Origin: Callorhinchus milii
Taxonomy: Eukaryota
Assembly: GCF_018977255.1 (NCBI RefSeq)
Contig: NW_024704742.1
Location: 64,358,001 to 64,422,000 of the forward strand
DNA length: 64,000 bases
Direction of reading: 5' to 3'
Shown here: positions 13,052 through 24,630 of the stretch, one piece after another
Layout of the letters: each line of letters starts with the position of its first letter
Position numbering within the stretch: the first letter of the stretch is position 1
Program-made: the position numbers and the translations under genes
Notes under the pieces: model-generated
Told to the model about the DNA's origin: nothing
Database searches by the model: none
Seen by the model: only the letters and a program-made list of their open reading frames with translations

Positions 13052-15002
13052 CTGAAGCAGAGCACACACACAATTGCTATGCATGTTTCAAGATACGACA
13101 TGTCTGGTTGACAGTTAGAATGTTTGCTGTCAAAGGAAATGGCTCCACTCTCTGTTTTTGGCCTTGTGATCAGCAGCAGAATGTTTGAAATGTCTCATTA
13201 TCGACTGTAACCTAAATTAGTTCCTGACAACCTTTAAACTGGTGGGGGTGAGAGAGCGACAGGGGTGGGGGTGTGGGGGGAGGGATGCAAGAAGATTCTT
13301 AGATGAAAAGATTTAGTGAAGTCAACAGTAAATATTATTCTTATGTTCTAAATGAATCACAATGTGAGTGCAATAGAGATGTGTGAAGATTATTACACTT
13401 GTAACAATTGCACACAAGGAAAAAATGAGGCACAGTGAAGTTTTAAGAGATTTGTTCTTTATTTATTGTTCAGTTATCCAACTAGATAATAAACTGAGAC
13501 AAAGAGAAAGATAACACAAACGTGGAGAGCAGGAAGAAGAATTCTGAGAATCTATGGTTCATAAAAAAAATCAGTGAGCAGGAGAGTTAAGGAACAGAGT
13601 CAATAATAATAATAATCCTTTCATTTGATGTAGCACTTTATCACGTCATTGAGATGTCTCAAAACGCTTCACAGAATATTTTGTAAAGTGAATTGACTAT
13701 ATTTTGTGAACCAAACGCAGCAGCCAATTGTGCACAGCAGTGTCCCACAAATAGTCGTGGATTGAGTGACCAAATTATTATTATTTTTATTTAAAAACTC
13801 AGTTAGAACATAGTTAGCAATAGATAACAATAACTAATGTCACAATGTATTGTTTTCCAGGGAATATAAGAAAGTGCAGAATGAGCAAAGCCTAATCAAC
13901 CCATTGAGTCTGTTTCTTCTATGGACCATGTACAAATATACTCTATGTTGGGCTTCAACTCATCGTGTGGAAAGTCCTACACATATACTGTCTCACCCAA
14001 AAGCTTGACCACATATTCAGTGTCAATATATTCATCCATCTGACGATTTCACTCTTCATCTCCAGCCTGGTTCCTTCCACATACAACATTCTCCCCTCTC
14101 CCAAACCTAAGGACCACAGAACCCACAGAGTCTCTGGAATTACTTGTCCTCTGTTTCTGGTCTGAAATCTTTTTACTTACCATTTGCCTACATTACAATA
14201 TAAAGCAGAACACTGGGATTTAATCTGCTGGTGAGTGTTAGTGGAGAAGCAATGGTCCAGGTGAGACTATCTCATTCCTCACCTGGGAAACAATACATTG
14301 TGACATTGGACAAAGGTGATGTGTGCCATAATAATGGAGGAAATAATTTTTTAAAAATTTGCAAATTCACCTCTTTATAAGAAACAAAATACTTATCTTA
14401 CCATCACTATCTTCATCCAATTCCTTGCTGTCCCAGACCTCTCCTTACCACTGGGTGCCTCAAATCAAATGAGACCACTCTGTAGTCTGTAGCCATTCTC
14501 TCCCTTTTCCTTGTTCGACCATGTTTAGAATCTGGAGATGCTTACAGTTCAGTGCAGAATATGTTTGCTGTTTTACTGCCAGAGATATTTGCCCTAGTGC
14601 ATTTTATTTTAAAATCCCTGATTGTCCAGCGCCTTGGGACATCTTCCTGACGTGAAAGGCGCTATACAAATGTAATTATGTATCTCCATTTCTTCTTGCC
14701 ACAGAAAACCTTCTGCAAGTTCAAACTGAGTTTCCGAGCTGCGGCACAGAAGAAGACGATTCAGCCCATTGTGCCTGTGCAGGCTCTTTGAAAGAGCTAT
14801 CCAACCAGTTCCACTCACTCTTAACCCATAGCCTTGCAAATTATTTTTCTTTTTAAGTAACTATCCAATTCCCTTTTGAAACCTGCTATCAAAACTGCTT
14901 CCACCACCTTTTCAGACAGTGAATTCCAGACTGTAACAATGATCTCTAACAGTAGTATAACCACACATGTCTATGCTGTGAAGCTCAAACTGCTTCCTTT
15001 AC

Positions 15003-15176
15003 CTGTAGGATCATAAATGGCTGCTTCACTTGACCTGGGGAATGTCTGAGCCTTTCCAATAACAACAGATAACTTTTTTGGAGAGTTGACTTTGTAAATA
15101 GCTTTTGCGTCCTCAATGTTCCAGTGGCTTCGGAATTTACCTTCATGGTTTTTGAAACTCAGTGTCTTTTTGCCTC
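15003..15176 (-). CDS. DOK7: Possible in-frame cassette exon of DOK7 (GGKKTLSFKNHEGKF...SSEAAIYDPT)
   Basis: 174 nt, ttttgtgcag|GA...ACAG|gtaaag, phase 1 to 1 with no stop. No homology recognised. Confidence 0.4.
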
Positions 15177-18100
15177 CTGCACAAAAGCTTTAGACTTTAC
15201 TGCTGCAAATATGGGCTCATACATTGATGTGCTATTGCCTTCTGGGTATCGCTGTCCTTTGTTTTCTGTCTGTTCTGGTGTGTCTATGTCCTTTACAGTG
15301 GCTTTCGGGCTTCTCTGGCAATTGAATATAACCAGACAGTTTGCTTAGAGCTACAGAAATCTCACCGACTATTGTTAGAGATCCTGGTTTTGACACAAGA
15401 GCTGTTGCTGTCAGTGGATTCTCTCTCTTCAGTCACACCAGTGTACATGGCATTGAGACGTGCACTTTTGGCCTCCAACTTGGCTTTACATGCATCCTTA
15501 GCACATCTGTCTGGCTCACTATTAAGTGCAGCATTGTTCTGGGCTGCTCTTCGAAGGTTGCATAATTCAGTGATTTGGTCAACGAGCAAAGCTTTTCACT
15601 TCAAGCCTCCTCTTTGTTTGCACTGAGAGTTCCTGCTCTTTGTGGTACAAAATAGCCATAAACATTTTACACAGCAAATCACTTGCACCCTCTTTTCGAA
15701 AATAAAAGGACAAAAAAGAAATCCCTCTGGAAATGAAAAACGCAAATGGATGGTTACGGTGTCTATACCAATAATTCCTCATTTTAATGTAAGCGCATGG
15801 ATCCATTAGCAGTCAAGTGACTCCACACAACTTGAAGGAAATTCTTGACTTATTGATAAGAACCAAGTATTCTTTCTTGTGCTTCTAACAAGATGATCAC
15901 CAGATCTAGAAATGGGATGTAAGAGGTTTACTGTTCAGTCTGAGGGGCTACTTTGTGTCGAAATAGAGGATCTGCTGCTGTTCTTTTCCAGAAGAGAAGC
16001 TGGTGTTTGCTCAATAAATCAACTAGATAAATGACTTCTTTCAGAAGTTCAGAATAATATGAAGATGGATGAATGATCATTCCTTTTTCCCCTCCCTCTG
16101 CCCCCCGAAAAAGTCTATCAAATATGAATTGGTAGGTTTGTGTGTGTTGTAATTTGATTTTTTTGTTCAGAGAACGACTTATCAATATGTGAATATGTGA
16201 ATGGCTTCTTAAAGCTGTTCATAGGATGTGGAATGCCTTGGCGGGTGCAGTGATCCAAGGCAGGATCCACATTAGCTTTCAAGAAGGAACCAGATCGATA
16301 TCTATAATGGAACAAAATTGCAAGAGTATGGGAGAAAAGGCAGGTAAATGGAACTGAATGGATTGCTCTTTCAATGAGTGCAGCAAGGACACAACAGGCC
16401 AAAAGGTACTATTCGGTGCTATAAATTTCTCCGATTCTATGATTCGAAGTGTGGCGTAGACAGTTTCTCAGTGTTAAAGAAAGAGGAAGATCAGCTAAGA
16501 GCTGCACAACTTACTGCACACAGAACTTAGTTTTGTCTAAGAAATCGATAATTATGAAGGATGCCATAGCAGAAAATAAAGTTTTACTTAAAGGAAGTCG
16601 TTCCCTTCATTGACTGCTTCCCAATCCATCTTTATTATCCTTTATACAGTAGAAGGTTGCATGTTTATGCCATAACGTATGAATTCTAAATCAACCCTGG
16701 GCTTAAAGCCGTCCAAAATAACGGAAATTACAAAACAAACTAATGGCGGTTAATAAGTCCAATTGAGGTTATTACGCTGATAACAGTAATTTCTTTATGT
16801 CACAAACAAGGCAGAATTTCACCAGGATATTAAGACTGGTTACTTTATTTTACTCTCCAAATTCCTTCATTAATACTACTAAATTTATGATGGAATTTCA
16901 GGTCCATAATGTTATACAGCACATGATCAAGTTCACTTGTGCACCAGTTACGCAAAGACTTTGTCTTGGTTTGACGGGATTTCTGCATTGAATAATATAA
17001 TTTACATTAATATAGAGGCTTTTGTGTCAGGAGGATGTCTCAAAATGCTTGAGAATGCTGGCTGGGGGTGGGAGACGAGGAGGTGGGGAGGGTAAAGATG
17101 ACCGAAAGTGTGGTCAAAGGCGTATGTTTTAAGATATGCCTTGAACAAATGAAAGGAGAGACTTCGGGAGGGAGCGAAAAAATGCAGTTTAATAGCGTTG
17201 TAAAGATTACAAATTCAGCCCATGGAACATGATAATGATAATAATAATCATCTTTGCATTTGATATAGCGCCTTATCACGTCTTTGAGACGTCTCAAAGA
17301 GCCTCACAAAATATATTGTAAAGTGAATTGACTGTATATTTTGTGGGCGAAATCAGAGCTGATACGATGTGTGAGCAACACAACAAAGTATCCTCTGACC
17401 TCCAAATTCCCATCTGATGATGAATGTCTGTTGCAGTAAACATGCTTTACTGTTCATTCAGCTGCATATTCCAGATTCTCCTTCAGTTTCAACAATGAGG
17501 TCAAACATGTACCATTCAGAACCGTAATTCTCCAAGGATGATGAATATCAAATCCTGCCAGAAGCCTGATGAATGTCCCTCAATTCATGTTCAGGAGTTC
17601 CTCCCAATATTCTGGCCAACAATCTCCCTACCCATTGAAAAAAATGGGATTATTACTTCACTAATCTGCTCACTCCCTCCACTCGATGGCCACAGGCCTG
17701 TGCATGACCCCCCACACTGCCCAACCCACCATCAGTGGTCAGGTCTTCATCCTCTCTGACCCCACCTTCTGGAACTCGATCCCAGAGGGCCTCGCTCTCT
17801 CCCTTGCCTCCTTCAAGGCCCACCTCAAGACCTTCCTCTTTGACCATGCCTTCAGTCATCCACCCACCCCCCCCACCCTCCTTGCCCCCCACACCTCTTC
17901 ATTTCAGCCCCCAGCTCAGGTCCAATCCCTCAACTGCCCAGCGCCTTTGGATGTCCTTCAGATGTGAAAGGCACTATATATATATAATTTGTTGCTGTTG
18001 TTGTTATTATAAGTCCCTTTTGGCAAACACAGAAATAGATCATATTGGAGTGACAAGTTGATGTGGTGCCAGTTACTATCAAGATTTGATGTTTATGATC

Positions 18101-18216
18101 ATTTGCAAATCCAGGTGGTAACGTCTGTATTTTCACCTCCTCCCAATACACCACTAATCTATCAGTGGACAATACCTGAAACATAATAAGAAAGTTCTTG
18201 ACTTTGCTCAGCTTAC

Positions 18217-18268
18217 CTGGTACAGTTGGGGTGGATGAGGCTCCTCCTGGACTTGAGATTGTTGTTCC
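18217..18268 (-). CDS. DOK7: DOK7 long-isoform exon (GTTISSPGGASSTPTVP)
   Basis: 52 nt, aaaag|GGA...CCAG|gtaagc, phase 0 to 1, which fits the phase-0 donor in exon 7. Confidence 0.75.
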
Positions 18269-19229
18269 CTTTTACAAAAGAGACAGAGACACAGAATCAT
18301 TTGATGGATTAATTTACAAAACTGGAGCATTGAAACAGAACAAGGTCAGGTTAATTAGGATGAGGAAATTTGATTCAGAATAAATTTTCCTTTTGGAAAA
18401 TGAAAGTAACATGCATCACTAAAAAAAACAGAAACCATTACTTTGCACAGAATAGGTACTCAGTGTGTCACAGGCTGACCTCCTGGAACTCCGCTCCAAT
18501 GATGGTTAACGCTCATCAGCTCCCAGTGTCAGGATCCTCCTTCGGCTGCAATCATCTTCACGCGGGTTTTAACAGAGATCGATGCCAGAGCGGAGTTCCA
18601 AGGTCCAGCTAAGTACATGGGAGGGTGGGGGGGTGGATAGGGGAGGTGAGGGGGGGCCGGCAATGCTTGCGAACCAGCCTCCAAATTTAAGTCTGAGTTT
18701 GGTTTCTATATAATACTAGCATTAAATTTATCACATCATCCGAACCATATCAAAGCCTTCACACAATATATTGTAAAGTGATTTAACTGTGTGTATTTTG
18801 CACGAACGCATAGCCCAATTTGCACACAGCAACATCACACAAACAGCCATGGAATGACCAAGGAAATCCCTTGGATTTCAGGAAACTGGGAGAGAGAAAA
18901 TTTCCTTCTTTTTTTGAATTGTGCCATGGGATCTTTAATGTCCATCCAAACAGGCACTGACAGAGAATTTGGTTTAGCGTCTCATCCAAAGGACAGCTCC
19001 TCCAACAAAGCAACACTCCCCAGCATTGCATTGGAGGGTCAGCATAGAATATGTGGGTTACATCTTAGGGCAACAGGAATTTTGGTACAAAGAATGAGTT
19101 ATCGCTACCAAGAAAGCTTACACTTCAAAGCACTGTGCAGCAGCGCATTATAATATTGAAGTAATCAGTTCTCAAGTCTCCATTTTTTAAAATCTCTCAC
19201 AATCTTAACTTTTAATACAAAATGGTCAT

Positions 19230-19617
19230 AATAATAATAATCCCTGCATTTGATATAGCGTTTTAATCACATCGTTGAGACATCTCAAAGCGCTTCACAG
19301 AATATACTGTACAGTGAATTGACTGTATTTTGTGGACGAAACGCAGCAGCCAATTGCAAATAGCAGTGTCCCACAAACAGTCGTGGATTAAGTGACCAAA
19401 CTATTATAATTTTTAAAATGTATTTATTTATTTGTTTGCTTTTTGAAGGGATTATTACCCCGAGAAAGCGATCCGTCAATTGACAACTGGGTTCCTACTT
19501 ACTGCCAGGTAAACAGAGGCATGTGGAGTAAGGAAATTTGCCTGAAACCTGCCAAGAAATTGAACCCAAGTCCTCTCGCTTGCACGGCAAGTGCTCTAAC
19601 CAGTACACGACACGACT
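19230..19617 (-). mobile_element. Same SINE family, full-length minus copy; other - copies at about 9430-9725, 13602-13790, 26720-27053, 33995-34360, 35078-35430, 52888-53200, 56667-56967, 59045-59292, 60708-61030, 62202-62478, 63061-63368
   Basis: Reverse complement of the 47980 element, from the (AAT)n tail to the tRNA head. Confidence 0.85.
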
Positions 19618-21684
19618 AGACTTACTGGCTCAGATACCTGGAATCTTGGAGTTCCGGGTGTCAGACTACCCCCTTCCATCTTGTGAGCATAAGGATGAGA
19701 TTAAATAGATTGAAGAACGTCCCTCCCCCTGGTTCGGAGTCATGCTCCATCACTCTGAGACTCTACCCTACATGAAGAGTGATATATAAATGCAAGTTGT
19801 GTTTTTGTTGTTGTATCCCATTCAATAATGAGACAAATTGTACTGTATTTCAGTTTGCATTACATGCAACAAGTGTGCTTTATGTCAAAGTCACAGCAAT
19901 GCAATGAAATCCTTGACAGGACATGTCCTCTGTTTTGTTCTGAGCTTCACATTCCCTGTAACTCAATCCCTTGGCTTTCCTTGTACCCCAAAATAGATCA
20001 CCATCTGAACAAGGATCAATACTAATTTGGTTTCTATATGTTAGATATCTGTAGGTCAGCAGGAATTTTGGCACAAAGAATGAGTTATCACTACCAAGAA
20101 AACTTAAACTTCAAAGCATGGCCCCAGCAGGACATCATATCACTGAAATAATCAGTTGTCCCATCTCTAGTTTCCTATTGCAGTGCAAGCCTTTGATAGA
20201 TTGTTGTGTAATCTGACAACATTTTGTTGGAAGGCTGTCTCAGTTCTAAAGAATGAAATAAACATTCACATAGCGACTCAAACACAAGCACAATATGCTC
20301 ACGGCAAACCGCGAACAGCAAACAGGTGGAAAGGACAGCATCTGCAAATCATGAGTTACTGCGCTAAATGTGACTTTGGTTTGCACCAGATATTGCCAGA
20401 TTTTCCATCAATCGATGGAAACTCTGCTCACACACCCAGCAAAGACTGTGTTGCAGCTGCCGTTTTGCTTTTCCCGATCTTTACAGACCATTTCCATAGC
20501 TGAGAAACTTCACAAAAAGCAAAGAGAGAAAACACAATGTTTTTCTGTTTCCAAAGAAAAGGCCTCAAAAAAGAAAAGCTTGTAACGCAAAATGCCGGCA
20601 GCAAACAGCCTTCAGAGTCCTTAGGGTACTGATTAGAACACTTGTCTCAAAGCAAGAAGATTCAGGTTTGATAACTGGACAGGGCGAAACCTTGGGCAGG
20701 TTTTCTTACTCCACACACCTCTGTTTACCTAGCATTAAGTAGAAACCCAGCTGTTAGTCGATTGGCAGATCGCTTTCTGGTGGTAATAATCCCTCCAACA
20801 AAAAAAATTGGTCACTCAATCCACGACTATTTGTGGGATACTGCTGTGCGCTGTGCACAGTCAATACACATTATAATATATATTATGTGAAGTTCTTTGA
20901 GACATCTCAACAACATGATAAGGCGTAATATCAAATGCACAGATTATTACTATTACTATTATTTATTTTATTTTACAATCTTCGTTGCAAAATTTGGTGG
21001 CAAACTGCGTAATTTGAGGAGTAAATCTCAAATTGGAAATAGCACATAGCAGCTTCCAGTTTGTGCATGGCACATTTTCAATCTTATTTTTAGTCAACTC
21101 ACTCTATGGGTGGGAGAGGAGGATGGGGATGAGGCGGAAAAGATAATCTGTTGTAATGGTGATCCAAAAGGATTGCCTTAAACTGAAGGCATTTACAACT
21201 CAAAAAGAGAAAGCAGTTTCTCCCTGTGTTGTGGCCAACAATCCCCCAAATAAAAATTGGTGATTCACTCATGGCTGTTTGTGGGATATTGCTGTGAAGA
21301 CATCAACTGCCACATTATCTACAAATATACAGTTGTACATTTCACAGTAAAGTCCTGTGAATTGCTTGAGACATCTCAACGATGAGATAAGGTACTATAT
21401 CAAATGTAAGAATTATTATGTTTGCTCATTATCATGGAGTAAGGGTTCTTCAGGCTTGAGAGAAGACATCTCAGAGGGAATCTTATGGAGGTGTATAACA
21501 TTTTAAACATAAACAAGGTAAAAGAGACAGCATCAACAAGATAAACAGGTTCTGGGCTAGGTTGCCAACCCCATAGTACTGGGTATAGTTCAGGTCATTG
21601 CCTAGACCCTAAAATCAATGTAGAGCAAAGCTTTGAGGAAGATCCCGTGTTAAATGGTCAGCCATGACGTCCCACTAGATTAGC

Positions 21685-22050
21685 CAGGGTTCTTCAGACT
21701 GAATAAGAACATCTGAGAAGCAATTTTAAGGAATTATACATATGGTCAATGAGATTGAAAAAGAGAACTCAGAACAACCTTTCAGATACATCAAGGTAGC
21801 AGGACAGGAAAGCACAGATTCAAGGATGTGAAGGACAAATTAAGGATAGACACCCAAAAGCATTTCTTTATTCGGAGAATAATTAACAGCTGGAACGAGT
21901 TACCAGGAAGAATGATAGAGCCCAGAATCCTAGACTAATTTAAGAAACAGCTTGATGGTTCAATGGGAAGGTGAAAATGTTGGTGTTCTGGATGGATGGC
22001 ATCAGATGGGCCAAAGGACCTTCTTCATCTGAATCTCTCTTGTGATCTCG
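21685..22050 (+). mobile_element. Decayed CR1 LINE 3' fragment
   Basis: Similar to the reverse complement of 40010-40430; ends gatgggccaaaggacc-ttcttcatc. Confidence 0.6.
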
Positions 22051-24002
22051 TGCAAGTGCAAACACGAAGAATGTTCCTCCTTTTCCTCCTAGTTCTTCAG
22101 ATCAGACCAGTGGTATTTCACAAAGGAAAAAGTGTGAAAAACTCAAATTACAGTGATCACGTGCCAACCCACATCCCCTAATTGTTCAGTGACCACCCCA
22201 TCAAGGTTGTTTCCAATGTAGTCTCTAATGCACACATTAATGAATCAGAAGAAAGATTTCATATTTTTGAAACAACAAAGCACGCTTTCTTAAGTTCCTG
22301 TTTGGTCTACAAAATATCAGCCTGAGTGAAGGGTTTCCTCTGTGTTTGTTGATCATTCATTTCCTTACAACAAGAGGTAACACCTTTAATTCAGAGAAAG
22401 TTGAATAAGCCACACAAATAGGAAGTTCACAATGAAAATAATCGTACTAATTCATCACAAAACTTCCAAAATGTACAGCAATAGAAGACACTAATTCACA
22501 GTCTCGCCATCAAAACCCCTTTTAAAGTCAAACAGTTGACAAATGCCTTGGTTAGATTTCTCTGTTATAAATAGTTCACCAAAAAATGTATCTCATGGGT
22601 GAACAATAATATTTTACACAGTGTAGTCAGTCATATGAACTGAATGCACATCAGAAAAAATGGGAGCTATTGAGTTTGGAACAATTCAACAAAAAACTCA
22701 CGGCAATTGTGGTCATTCAGCTCCATGCATTGCCTACTTCATTAGTTCCTCTTAATTTGCCTAATATATTTGTGTTGGAAAATATTCCAAAATTCTCCAG
22801 AAATTCAGATTACAGAAAAGGATATGTAGGTTTTGTGAAATGGCTGATTGTTAAGAGAGGCTCCGATGGTGAGATTCCCTCTTTGAACACTTGACTATAC
22901 AACAACAACTTGCATGTACATAGCACCCTTCATGCGGGGCAGCATCTCGGAGCGCTTAACAGTGGCGGAGCCTGACCCCGAGCCAGGAGGAGGTGACTGT
23001 AAACACGGTCGAAGAGAAAGGTCTTCAGAGATGATCTAAAAGAGGGAAGGAGGGGACAAGGCAGAGGGATTGTTGGAGAGAGTTCCAAAGCTTCAGGGTG
23101 TAGTGGCTAAAAGCGCGGCCACCCATGGCAGAGTGGAGGGGATGGGGACAAACAGGAGGCCGGAGCCAGCCGAGTGGAGGCAGTGGTTAGTGGAGTGGGG
23201 GAGAGAGTAGGTTGGAAAGGTAGAGAGGTGCCAGGGCATGACGGATGTTGTGGACAAGTGAGAAGATTTTGAAATCATCAGTGGTAGTACAATGGACAGT
23301 AAAAAAGCTCTGAAACAGGTTTCAAAACGCACAACAGGAAAAGAAGACACTCTGTCCAAATGGAAATCTTCAGGCAAAGACAATCTATTACGTGCAGGTC
23401 ATGAAAGTGAAAAGAATTGTAGCTTACCTCCACCAAACACCTAGTCTTAAGTGTGCGCCATTGTTCATAGGTTATGTAGTTTGGGAAAAAAGAATGACTG
23501 CACTGGGGTAGGAAGAAGAGAAAGAGATTCAAGATTTGGATTGTGTTTGTAACTTTACATCCGCTTAAGCCATTATGAATTAAAAAGACCGTGCTACATG
23601 GTTTGGGAAATGTAAAAATGTCAGCAAACTCATTGATAACATTTCAGATGTTTTTAAAATAGTAATAGTAAGGCTTAGAGGATGTGAAATTACAGGCCTT
23701 TGCTGAGCAAAGAAGTAGACTTGACTATGACGATTCCCAACAAATAAAATAGCCTGCCAGCATTTAATATGAAATTGATTGGCGGCATATAAAAGGAAAT
23801 TAGATAAACACATGCAGAGGAAGGGTATTAGAGAGTCTGGGGAAAGAGAAATGAATTGGGTTTAGAGCAGATGGCCTCTTTGGGTAGCAAACACAGACAT
23901 TATTACAATGTGTCCAATGGCCTCCTAGTGCTTGTAGATGTTTATGATTCAGCTCCAACATATGGAATGGCCACTCGGACAAAATATCAGGACAGTCAGC
24001 AC

Positions 24003-24078
24003 CATAGAACAGTAATCCATAGAACAGTAATCCATAGAACAGTAATACATAGAACAGTAATCAATAGAACAGTAATCC
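24003..24078. repeat. Tandem repeat, 15-bp unit CATAGAACAGTAATC, 5 copies
   Basis: Directly visible; produces the HRTVI repeat ORF. Confidence 0.95.
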
Positions 24079-24384
24079 AGCATGACCTCTGGTGGTTGAG
24101 CCAGGGGAGAAATAAGACAACAAATAGGAAAGAAAGCCACAAGAGACCATATGAAAATAGTATCGACTGTAGCCTGTGGCAAACTGTCCCTGGCAAGAAT
24201 GCAGCTTATATAGAAACTGTCCAAAACCACAGTGATGGCACCCATTAAATTGCCACTGAGTAATCTTTGAGAATACCACAAGTGTTAGAGTACGTAAAGT
24301 AGTGACAATCAAAGATGAAGAAACAGCACACAAGAAAATCCCAAGGAAATAGTGGAGCTACACACAAGATAAACAAACTGTACA

Positions 24385-24630
24385 GACTGAAGAATCAAAG
24401 ACGATTTAGTGTTGGAAACACATGAGGAATCAGAGATAAAGGAACTGTATACAGTGAGGAATCAACAATAAAGGAATGAACGGTAAAGGAGCTGTACACA
24501 GTGAGGAATCAAGAGATAGAGGAACTGTACAGAGTGAGGAATCAACAGTAAAGGAACTGGATACATTGAGGAATCAATGATAAAGGAACTATACACAGTA
24601 CAGACTCAGTTATAAAGGGACTGTACACAA
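24385..24630. repeat. Degenerate tandem repeat, about 32-bp unit GAGGAATCAA..ATAAAGGAACTGTACACAGT
   Basis: tgaggaatca and aaggaactgta recur about every 30-33 nt. Confidence 0.8.

Noticed and set aside
23856..24333. Overlapping ORFs with HRTVI / MDYCS repeats
   Set aside because: Products of a 15-bp tandem repeat next to a CR1 tail.
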